From the IMG/VR virus record IMGVR_UViG_3300037780_000213, positions 1-42,672 of that record: a DNA stretch of 42,672 bases. One strand, written 5' to 3'. The stretch comes from a virus. Taxonomy: Duplodnaviria; Caudoviricetes. The notes beneath the pieces were generated by a model. The model worked only from the letters and a program-made list of their open reading frames with translations, was not told the DNA's origin and did no database searches. Of the stretch, positions 8,600-16,158 are shown piece after piece (the first letter of the stretch is position 1; every line of letters begins with the position of its first letter). The translations under genes were made by a program, and so were the position numbers.

Positions 8600-10971
8600 T
8601 ATCGTGCCCCCCGCCGCGACACCCCGAACGCGGACGCGAAGGCCCCGTCGAAACTGCCTTGCGCAATGCCTTCCCGCACTTCATCGCGGATCATGATACG
8701 GATCATCTGCCGCCCGTCCGGGCCGCGTTCGCTGGTGACCTGCGCCTGCTGGCCGTTCGCCCGCTGGTCGATGACCTGGACCGAAACCGGCGGACTACCA
8801 AAAGCGGCACGCATCTGGTTTGGCCAACCCACCACCTCCCCGCGCTTTGCCACGATCGGCTCTTCGTCCGGTTCCAGACCGACCACGCCCCCGCCATGAT
8901 AACGCGGCGCGGTCGCGAACAGGCTGGCCGGCACCGATTTGCGCGGCCCGGAATCCCGCCCTACCACACCGCCGCTATGCAACGTGCCCACAGACGTGGT
9001 CGTGTAAGACCCGCTGGAAGCCGCGCCACCTGAAAACAGACCGGACACGAAGCCGTCCAGGATGGACCCGACCGCCCGGTCATAGATCTGGCCGGCCAGG
9101 CGGCGCTGCAGATCTGTGAAGATATCCGCCAGGCCTTCTGCCATAGTCTTCGCGCCCGTGGTGATATCCACGAAGGCATTTCGGGCCGACCGGTTCATAC
9201 TGTGGATATCGTCTTCCCACTGCCGCGCCGTATCGGTCGACGCCTTCTGGATATCCTGCAGCGCCCGCATGATGCCGTCCGCCGCGTCGGTGGAGGCGCG
9301 CAGCCTGCGGTCCTCTTCCTGTTCGATCGTGTCGGTAAACTCTTTCTGAATTTCCGCGCGACGACGGGTGGCGATTTCCTCCGAAATCGTACCGGCATCC
9401 AGCAAGCGCTGCACTTGGGCCAGGCTTTCCGCCCTTTCCTCTTCGGCAGTTCGCAACCGTTCGGTCATCGCCGCGCCCGCCTTCTGCGCTTCGGTCAGGC
9501 GCTGTTCGCCCTCCGCCGCCTGGTCGATCTGCCGCATAAGTTCATAGATCTTGGCCGCCCGTTCATCGCTGAACCCGACAATATCGTCGCCAAAGAATTC
9601 GATCTCCAGACCCAGCGACCGCAGCTTCTGCGCGACCTTCTGGTCGAAATCGGAATTGCCGATCTGGGACATTTCGAATTCCAGGTCGGCAATGGCTTCG
9701 GCCACTTTCTTGCGGGCACGCTCCGCCTCTTCCTCCGCCTTCAGGTCGCGGCGCGCCGGTGGGGGCGTACCGGGTTGCGTTTTCACGGTCTGCCGGGAAT
9801 TGATGCGGGATTCCACATCCACGATGCCGGCCAGGACCAGTTCGTAATCCGCCCGCAGCTGCTGCAGTTCCTTGCGCATGCTGGCCGTGGAACTGGCGGC
9901 CAGGGCGGGATTTCCCGCGACCCGCGCCGTTTCCTCGATCCGGGCCTGCAATCCGGCAATCTCGGATTCCAGTTCCGCCGCGTTCTTGCGGTTCTCGACC
10001 AGCATTTTTTCCAGGCCGCGCGTGCTGCGTTCGTCAAGGTCGCGGAAACTGTCCACCGTTTCCGCGACCCACTTGGCAACCTCCGCAAAGGCCGATGCCA
10101 GTTCCAGCACGACCGGTGCCAGGTCCACAAAGGCGCTGTTCAATTGCAGGTCGATCAGGCGCTGCAGCTGGGTCAGCCGATCGCGCGTTTCGTCCGCCCG
10201 TTCGATCAGGCTTTCATCCAGGACATACCCCAGGTCGCGCGCCTGCCGCATTAGGTTCTGGATGGCAACTTCCCCCGCCGCCACCATCCGGACAAACTGC
10301 TCGCCACCGGTACCGCCGAAGATTTCATCGGCCACGCGGATGCGGGCCGCTTCGGATTCCAGCGACTGCATGCGCCGGACAACCTCCAGGAACAGCGACC
10401 CGGTATCGCCAAGCTTGGCGTTCAGTTCGTCCTGGGTGAAGCCCAGCCGCCTGAAAGCCTCCGCCGCAGATCCGCCACCCGTCACCACGAATTCATCGGC
10501 GCGCAGGTTCAACTCTTTCAAGCCATCGGTCAGCGCGGACTGCGAAACCGAATACTCCTCCGCCGCATAGCGCATCGCCTGGTATGTTTCCACCAGCGTG
10601 CCGGCCTGTTGCGCTTCGTCCTTGATGGTGGCCAGTTCCGCCGCCGCCCGTGCAGACGCCCGCACCAGTCCACCGAAAGCCGTAACCACCACCGCGATGG
10701 ACGCCGCCACGGCCAGCCCTGCCGGCCCCAAGGCACCCAGCGCCGCACCGAAGGCCCCAAGACGGCCCGCCGCCGCAGCCATGCCACCGCGCAGTTCGCC
10801 CGCCACGGCATTGACGGCCAGCAGCCCCTTGGACGCCGGGCCGGCCTGCCGTTCGATTTTGGCCAGCGCCTTCTGTCCATCGTCACCCAACTGGACCAGC
10901 TTCCGCCGCGTCGCCTCTTCGTCCCGCAGCGACAGGCGGATTGCAATGTCCCTATCAGTCCGTGACGCCAT
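8599..10971 (-). CDS. Tail tape measure protein
   Basis: 790 aa, Ala-rich and helical, with C-terminal HSGG/YHGGG...DEEP..RGE motifs; expected position. Confidence 0.9.
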   Translation of the reverse strand: MASRTDRDIAIRLSLRDEEATRRKLVQLGDDGQKALAKIERQAGPASKGLLAVNAVAGELRGGMAAAAGRLGAFGAALGALGPAGLAVAASIAVVVTAFGGLVRASARAAAELATIKDEAQQAGTLVETYQAMRYAAEEYSVSQSALTDGLKELNLRADEFVVTGGGSAAEAFRRLGFTQDELNAKLGDTGSLFLEVVRRMQSLESEAARIRVADEIFGGTGGEQFVRMVAAGEVAIQNLMRQARDLGYVLDESLIERADETRDRLTQLQRLIDLQLNSAFVDLAPVVLELASAFAEVAKWVAETVDSFRDLDERSTRGLEKMLVENRKNAAELESEIAGLQARIEETARVAGNPALAASSTASMRKELQQLRADYELVLAGIVDVESRINSRQTVKTQPGTPPPARRDLKAEEEAERARKKVAEAIADLEFEMSQIGNSDFDQKVAQKLRSLGLEIEFFGDDIVGFSDERAAKIYELMRQIDQAAEGEQRLTEAQKAGAAMTERLRTAEEERAESLAQVQRLLDAGTISEEIATRRRAEIQKEFTDTIEQEEDRRLRASTDAADGIMRALQDIQKASTDTARQWEDDIHSMNRSARNAFVDITTGAKTMAEGLADIFTDLQRRLAGQIYDRAVGSILDGFVSGLFSGGAASSGSYTTTSVGTLHSGGVVGRDSGPRKSVPASLFATAPRYHGGGVVGLEPDEEPIVAKRGEVVGWPNQMRAAFGSPPVSVQVIDQRANGQQAQVTSERGPDGRQMIRIMIRDEVREGIAQGSFDGAFASAFGVSRRGAR

Positions 10972-11368
10972 TGCCGTCGTTCCTTTCCAACGCCTTCACC
11001 AGGCCACGCTCCACATAGGGCAGCAACAGCACCATGGCCCGCCGGTCATAGCCCAGCGCATCCGCCATGGTCATCGCGACCCCCATATCCAGACCGGCCA
11101 CACCGCCCATGCCTGCAAAACGCAACTGACGCGACGCCTTCCGGGCCAGGTCCCAGGCTTCGCCGCCTTCCTGCGTTTCCGGGTGATGTTCGAAATAGGG
11201 GCACCGCCGCCCCCGCCCTTCCGGTTCTAGGCCGTCTTGCGGCCCGCAGACCCCCGCCCCTTCGATCCTGGCCCCTTCGGCGCAGGCGAGGCCCTCTTTC
11301 CGGCACCCTTCGCAGTATTCCGGCCCCCCGCCATAGTGCCATTCGGCAAGGGCCGTGAGGCGTTTCCC
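10955..11368 (-). CDS. Frameshift extension of the tail assembly chaperone (gpT-like)
   Basis: The -1 frame is open from the slippery site to TGA at 10955-10957 and reads RLTALAEWHYGGGPEYCEGC...CPYFEHHPETQEGGEAWD...; absent from the ORF track. Confidence 0.8.
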   Translation of the reverse strand, partial: GKRLTALAEWHYGGGPEYCEGCRKEGLACAEGARIEGAGVCGPQDGLEPEGRGRRCPYFEHHPETQEGGEAWDLARKASRQLRFAGMGGVAGLDMGVAMTMADALGYDRRAMVLLLPYVERGLVKALERNDGNGVTD

Positions 11369-11775
11369 TCCGAAACCATCGCCTCGTGCGGGCGGGTGTA
11401 TTCGACCAGGAATTCCTCGGCCAGGCGCGGCACTTCCATGACCCGCGCAACGGTTTCCGGCGACACGTCCACCGGCTTACCGTCTTCGTCTCCAACGCCT
11501 TCCCACTTGACGATACCGGCCATGGCCAGGGCCTGCGCGAAGAGATATTGCGACACCCCTTCGACGGCATCGGTATCGTTCAGGTCCGGCAGCCCCTCGA
11601 CGGACCCGCCGGCCAGTTCGATCTCCGCATGGTCGCGCAGAAGGTCCGCAACCAGACGGGTCGATTTCCGGCGCGCGCTTTCATAAACAGCCGTGGTCAA
11701 CGGGCGCACCATAAGCCGGACGCCGTGCGACAGTTCCAGCCAGTACGGCTCTTTCGGCAACACAAGTTTCAGCAT
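11227..11775 (-). CDS. Tail assembly chaperone (gpG-like)
   Basis: IVKWEGVGDEDGKP motif; upstream of the tape measure gene; contains a G GGA AAC slippery site. Confidence 0.8.
   Translation of the reverse strand: MLKLVLPKEPYWLELSHGVRLMVRPLTTAVYESARRKSTRLVADLLRDHAEIELAGGSVEGLPDLNDTDAVEGVSQYLFAQALAMAGIVKWEGVGDEDGKPVDVSPETVARVMEVPRLAEEFLVEYTRPHEAMVSEGNASRPLPNGTMAGGRNTAKGAGKRASPAPKGPGSKGRGSAGRKTA
11362..11368 (-). other. Programmed -1 ribosomal frameshift site G GGA AAC
   Basis: X XXY YYZ heptamer in the correct phase (lambda G/T uses GGGAAAG); the -1 frame stays open for about 135 codons. Confidence 0.8.
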
Positions 11776-11843
11776 TTTTGGGCCTCACCCTCCACAAAAC
11801 CCGCCCCTTATCGGGATGGGTACCTGTTCGAACACCTGCACCA

Positions 11844-11868
11844 AATGGGTGCGCAATATTTACCCATT
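11844..11868. promoter_or_regulatory. Inverted repeat AATGGGT-N11-ACCCATT upstream of the GNAT-LuxR cassette
   Basis: Perfect 7-bp arms in an AT-rich intergenic region; candidate regulator binding site. Confidence 0.4.
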
Positions 11869-11978
11869 CCCGGAAATCTATAAATTCAATGGAACAAGTA
11901 CGTAATTTTCGGTATCCCAAACCGATACACGCATAGGAATAATCATGCCCTTACCAACCAGCCGGCGCTGCATCCCCC

Positions 11979-12434
11979 GTGACCGACATTACCTTCCGCG
12001 TCGCCTCCAGCATGGACGACCTGTTCCACGTCACCCGCGTGCGCGGGGCCGCCTTTCTCAGCCGTGGCGAACCCTACGACGAAGAATTCGACGGCCTGGA
12101 CCTGCACTTCTGCTGCCACCTTCTGGCCTTGCTGCCCCGCGATGTTCCGATCGCTACCATGCGGCTGCGATGGATAGGCGGGGGCGACATGGTCTGGGAA
12201 CGCCTGGCTATTACCCCCAGCGTGCGCGGCAGCATCCGGTTGCTGTTCGATCTGACGGACCTGGCCAGGAAGGTGACGAAGGAGAAAGGGTGCACAACCG
12301 TCATCGGTTATGTGGCCGACCGGTCCCTTATGAAGTTCTGGCAGCGACGCGGTGCCGTGTTTCAGGACGAATACGAAACCTATAACGGCACCCTATACCA
12401 GAAGATGACCATCGACCTTACGCAGGACCTATGA
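11979..12434 (+). CDS. GNAT-fold acyltransferase (ElaA/YjcF-like, sharing LuxI-type N-terminal motifs)
   Basis: R22-xxx-F26, E36-F-D38-G-L-D41, TMRLR, WERLAI...RG and KFWQRRG; its stop overlaps the luxR start (ATGA). Confidence 0.8.
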   Translation: MTDITFRVASSMDDLFHVTRVRGAAFLSRGEPYDEEFDGLDLHFCCHLLALLPRDVPIATMRLRWIGGGDMVWERLAITPSVRGSIRLLFDLTDLARKVTKEKGCTTVIGYVADRSLMKFWQRRGAVFQDEYETYNGTLYQKMTIDLTQDL

Positions 12435-13201
12435 GCACACAGCCACCACCATCGACCCGGCTGGATATGACATCCACCGCCGATGTTCACCGGACGACCC
12501 GCGACGCGATCCGCGCGCTTGGGTTCGATGAATTTTCCTTTCTGGTTCACACCCTGCCGGTGGGGATCAACCCCGACCTGTCCGGGCACCTGTCCTTTGC
12601 CGTCCTGGATGAGGCCTGGTTGCAGATCTATGACGCCAACGGATGGATTCACGTCGACCCGGTCATGCTGGAGGCGGCGCGCCGCATTACGCCCGTAACC
12701 TGGACCATGATTGAAGTGTCCCGCCACTGGCAGGATCTTCCCGCCGCACGGCAGGCCCTTATCCAGAAGGCCAGGGAATTCGGCTACACGAACGGCGCGG
12801 CCATTCCGCTGCACGGACCGGCGGGTACGTTCTGCACCCTTTCGGTTCTGACCCGCCGCGACGTTGCCGACTTCTCCGCCTTCTGGTCGCTGCGCGAACA
12901 CTTGCTGGTCGCCCTTGCCCGGCAGCTGCAGGAATGGGCCGTCAGTTCCGTTTACCAGGATATCAGCCCGGAAATGCTGACCCCGCGCGAACAGCAGGTC
13001 CTGACTGCGTGCGCGACGGGCCGCGATGCAAAGCAGATCGCCCTGCATCTTGGCGCGTCCAAATACACGATTGAAAAGCACCTGCAGAACATCCAGCAGA
13101 AGCTCGGCACCCGAAACAAGACCCACAGTGTCGCCGTGGCTATCAGCAAGGGGCTGATACGCCCGAACGGTTATCAAACGGGATTGCTGCCCCCTCAGTA
13201 G
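12431..13201 (+). CDS. luxR: LuxR-family regulator with autoinducer-binding domain and C-terminal HTH
   Basis: W63, Y67, D76, P77, W91, G122 in the ligand domain and E187, L191, G197 in LTPRE...G...IA..LG.S..T...HL.NI..KLG, with canonical spacing. Confidence 0.93.
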   Translation: MSTQPPPSTRLDMTSTADVHRTTRDAIRALGFDEFSFLVHTLPVGINPDLSGHLSFAVLDEAWLQIYDANGWIHVDPVMLEAARRITPVTWTMIEVSRHWQDLPAARQALIQKAREFGYTNGAAIPLHGPAGTFCTLSVLTRRDVADFSAFWSLREHLLVALARQLQEWAVSSVYQDISPEMLTPREQQVLTACATGRDAKQIALHLGASKYTIEKHLQNIQQKLGTRNKTHSVAVAISKGLIRPNGYQTGLLPPQ

Positions 13202-14169
13202 GACTCCACATCGTTGACCAGCGTGATTTCGCACAAATGCCCCGCGCTGGCATCCTTGGCCGCCCGCCAGTCATAGGTCACCTGGACGCCGCCCGGCCCC
13301 CGGATTTCGTTTTTCTTGCGGGGCAGGAAGACACGCGGCAGTGCGATCGTAAGGCCATAGCCTTCCGCACCAGGCAGCGAATAGCCGTATTCCATGGCGA
13401 CCGGGGTTTCCGCATCGATCGCCGCCGCCAGGGTGGTGTCGGTGGAGAACCGGACCTCGACCGACCCTTCCGCCGTCGCCTCCGTTTCGTCCGCCCCATC
13501 GATCAGCCCGTCCGACCGGATCGTCTCCACACGGTCCAGGTTGTTCGAAAAACTGAACCGCCCGCCGGTGACATTGGCCAGCTGCGACCCACCGACCTTG
13601 ATCTGGCCGCGCCCCTGGCTGAACCGTTTCAACGCATAGGTCAGCGGCGTGCCATCCGCCGCCGTCGCGCCGGACGTTTCGCCCTGCGCCACCACCGCGA
13701 TTGTGGCGTTCGCCGGGCCGGTCCGGGCCATATCGAACCCGACCGATTCCAGCTTGCAGCCGGCATGCAGGAAATGCTTCTGCGTCGTCAGCTTGGTATG
13801 ACCGACCTGCAGGGCCAGAGAAGGCAGATCCCCGCCGCTGGTGAACACATGGTCGTATGTGCCGTCCAGATTGTCCGTGGTGTCCGGGTCCCCGAACAGA
13901 CCTTTCAGCCAGAACCCGATCGCGCGCAGGTCCAACGGCACGACGATTTCGCCGTCCACCGTCAACGCCTCATAGAACGGGTCCTGTGCATCGCGGCCCT
14001 GACCCAGTAGCGGGTCATAGCCCAGCGGCTTGTCGCCACCCAGCGCATGCTCCTTGAATGAAAGCTTGGTGTAGACGCCGCCGCCGGACCCGTCCGGGGC
14101 CGTGCCATAGGTGGATTCGAACGCCGCCAGCAGCTGCGCGTCGGAACCGTAAGAACGAGTTTTTGCCAT
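13195..14169 (-). CDS. Tail tube (major tail) protein
   Basis: RSYGSDAQLLAAFESTYGTAP, LLGQGRD and GPGGVQVTYDWRAA; GAGGAG RBS before ATG 14169. Confidence 0.85.
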   Translation of the reverse strand: MAKTRSYGSDAQLLAAFESTYGTAPDGSGGGVYTKLSFKEHALGGDKPLGYDPLLGQGRDAQDPFYEALTVDGEIVVPLDLRAIGFWLKGLFGDPDTTDNLDGTYDHVFTSGGDLPSLALQVGHTKLTTQKHFLHAGCKLESVGFDMARTGPANATIAVVAQGETSGATAADGTPLTYALKRFSQGRGQIKVGGSQLANVTGGRFSFSNNLDRVETIRSDGLIDGADETEATAEGSVEVRFSTDTTLAAAIDAETPVAMEYGYSLPGAEGYGLTIALPRVFLPRKKNEIRGPGGVQVTYDWRAAKDASAGHLCEITLVNDVESY

Positions 14170-14211
14170 GTCTGCCTCCTCTTCCGACCCGCAAAGCACG
14201 GGCCGCGCCGA

Positions 14212-14646
14212 TCAACCCAAAGGCGTTGCCGCCTCATACTCCAGGACGACACCCAACTCCGCCGCCTTGATGCCTTCTCCGCCTTCCACGGGTTCCCCCA
14301 GATATTCGGGCGGTTCCAGGGTCGCCATTTCGACCGCGCCCCCCAGGGTGTCATCCGCCCCGACCGCCGCGCCGATCTGCTGCAGCACCGCGTCCATGGC
14401 CGCGTCGCGAATGGCCGCCGTGCCGCCGGACACCTGGACCACGATTTCCGCGCGGTGCTGGAACAGATAGCTTGGGGGCGAAAGCGTAACGTCCGGTTCG
14501 CCCGGATCGCCGTCGCGCAACACGATCAGGCCACCCGCCGGAAGCTTCTGCGCCTCCAGCGTATTGCGCTCCACGGTCGGACCGGAAATCCCAGCCAGAA
14601 CCGACAACAGCGCCTTCAACGCCGCCTCTCGCTTGCTATCGGCCAC
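14212..14646 (-). CDS. Tail terminator / tail completion protein
   Basis: Synteny upstream of the tail tube; SKRE, LRDGDPGEP and DDTLGG motifs. Confidence 0.7.
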   Translation of the reverse strand: MADSKREAALKALLSVLAGISGPTVERNTLEAQKLPAGGLIVLRDGDPGEPDVTLSPPSYLFQHRAEIVVQVSGGTAAIRDAAMDAVLQQIGAAVGADDTLGGAVEMATLEPPEYLGEPVEGGEGIKAAELGVVLEYEAATPLG

Positions 14647-15322
14647 TTGCGTTTCTCCAGTGCTTGACGATCAGTTCCGCCGTGCGGCCTTCCCATCTTC
14701 GGCGCATCCCCGCGATATCCAGGCGCTTGCGAACGCGGATCTGCGGGACCAGCACGAACATGGGCACCGCGCCCTTTTCCAGAATCTCGCGGGTACGCTT
14801 CACCCGCCCGCTGCCGACCATGCGATCGTTCACATAGGCCCGGTCCCGCACCTTGCCGCGCACCAGCGACTGCGCATGCGACACCCGCGCAAACAGCAGC
14901 AGCGTGCCGTCCCGGCTGCGCCGCACGAAGGACCCTTGCAACTCGCTTGGTTCGAACAGCACCCGACCGCCGCGCCGCCCGGACTTCCGGTTGAACTGCG
15001 TCGGGATCAGCATATAGCGGCCCTGTTCGGCGCGGATGGTCGCGCCATTCTCGAAGGCCCATAGCGCCCCGCGCGTCCGGTCCCCACCTTTCGGATAGAC
15101 CAGTGCCGCCGATTCCGCCGGCCCGCGCTTGCCGCGATAGACCCGCACCCGCCAGACTTTCCCCAGATGGGGCAGCCCCGCGGATTCGGCATCCCGCCGC
15201 AGATCAGCCTGCAATCCCTTGCCGGCTTCCCGCAGCCCGGCCCGGATGGCACGGCCTGCCGTCTTCCACTCTGACGACATGACCTTGCGCAGATCGCCCT
15301 GCAGCGCCGCCGCCAACCTCAC
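14636..15322 (-). CDS. Neck / tail completion protein (DUF6441-like)
   Basis: Basic protein ending VPMFVLVPQIRVRKRLD; GTGA-coupled start; synteny. Confidence 0.65.
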   Translation of the reverse strand: MRLAAALQGDLRKVMSSEWKTAGRAIRAGLREAGKGLQADLRRDAESAGLPHLGKVWRVRVYRGKRGPAESAALVYPKGGDRTRGALWAFENGATIRAEQGRYMLIPTQFNRKSGRRGGRVLFEPSELQGSFVRRSRDGTLLLFARVSHAQSLVRGKVRDRAYVNDRMVGSGRVKRTREILEKGAVPMFVLVPQIRVRKRLDIAGMRRRWEGRTAELIVKHWRNASGR

Positions 15323-15627
15323 GACGGGCGGGCCTCCAGAACCCACACCAGCCGCGTATCGTCCAGCACGGGCGCACCCTGCACCGTGAAGGTGCGCCCG
15401 CCGGTAACGATCGTGTCTCCGCGCACCGGCTGCGCGACTTCGGAAACCCGGATTTCAAATGCGCCGGTTTCCCGATGCACGGAAACGCCAAGCGCATCGA
15501 CCGTGATATCGGGTGCCCGCTGCACGACCCGAACCGCGACACCTTCCCCGCCCTGCGGGGTGTAGACGGCATTTTGCGCGATGTTCGGATCTCGGAACAA
15601 CGCGTCGAACATCGCGGAAAATGCCAT
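15319..15627 (-). CDS. Head-tail joining (head closure, gpFII-like) protein
   Basis: About 100 aa, beta-rich, PVRGDTI motif; located after the capsid accessory gene. Confidence 0.7.
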   Translation of the reverse strand: MAFSAMFDALFRDPNIAQNAVYTPQGGEGVAVRVVQRAPDITVDALGVSVHRETGAFEIRVSEVAQPVRGDTIVTGGRTFTVQGAPVLDDTRLVWVLEARPS

Positions 15628-15640
15628 TGTGCAAACCTCC

Positions 15641-15680
15641 AAAGAAACGGGCGAGGCCCCGTTCAGGGTTCCCCGCCCGC
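15641..15680 (-). terminator. Possible terminator after the DUF2190 gene
   Basis: GCGGGCGGGG...CCTCGCCCGT stem followed by TTCTTT. Confidence 0.45.
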
Positions 15681-15700
15681 ACCCCCATTCCGTTACCCGA

Positions 15701-16063
15701 TCAGGCCACGGTCCCGACGCCGGTGTTCAGCTTCACCTTGACGGTGGTCACACCGTTGCCGGCGGCTTCCCACGCGGTGCAGGCCCCGGACACATCGCCC
15801 GTGGCGGGCGTGGCCTGGTTGTCATCGAACGCGCCCGCAGACGCATCCCAAATGACGCTTTCGCCCTGACCGATCACCGCCGCCGAAACCTTCGGCAGTT
15901 CGAACACGCCTTCCATGGCGACCTCGCCGGTTTCGGTATCCGCGATAGCGACCGCAGCCACACCGATCTGCTGGCCGATGACAACCGCCGCGCCGGACGC
16001 GATATCGCCGCCGGTGCCATTCGTGAAGGTCATCATCGCGCCGTTCTGAACGTGATTTTTCAT
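15701..16063 (-). CDS. DUF2190-family capsid accessory (cement) protein
   Basis: MKNHVQNG, GVFELPK and VKVKLN motifs; directly after the major capsid gene. Confidence 0.8.
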   Translation of the reverse strand: MKNHVQNGAMMTFTNGTGGDIASGAAVVIGQQIGVAAVAIADTETGEVAMEGVFELPKVSAAVIGQGESVIWDASAGAFDDNQATPATGDVSGACTAWEAAGNGVTTVKVKLNTGVGTVA

Positions 16064-16091
16064 TACCGCTTACCTCTCTTTCTAAGACGAA

Positions 16092-16111
16092 GGCCCGCCA
16101 GGTGGCGGGCC
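16092..16111 (-). terminator. Hairpin after the major capsid gene (terminator or attenuator)
   Basis: GGCCCGCC-ACCT-GGCGGGCC stem-loop followed by TTCGTCTT. Confidence 0.5.
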
Positions 16112-16158
16112 ATTCGTCGGTTTCAGTTCTTACAGGGCCGCGTGGCCGATGGTCAGCC

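Noticed and set aside
11822-11841. Canonical 20-bp lux box starting ACCTGT
   Set aside because: The right arm is not ACAGGT; only the inner 10 bp are palindromic.
11892-11906. LexA box upstream of the GNAT (GAAC-N7-TAAT)
   Set aside because: The second half-site has two mismatches to GAAC.
11979-12434. Calling the GNAT a canonical luxI
   Set aside because: It is only 151 aa, lacks the conserved LuxI Trp and the SRF motif, and its motifs fit ElaA/YjcF GNATs equally well. It is kept only as a candidate synthase.
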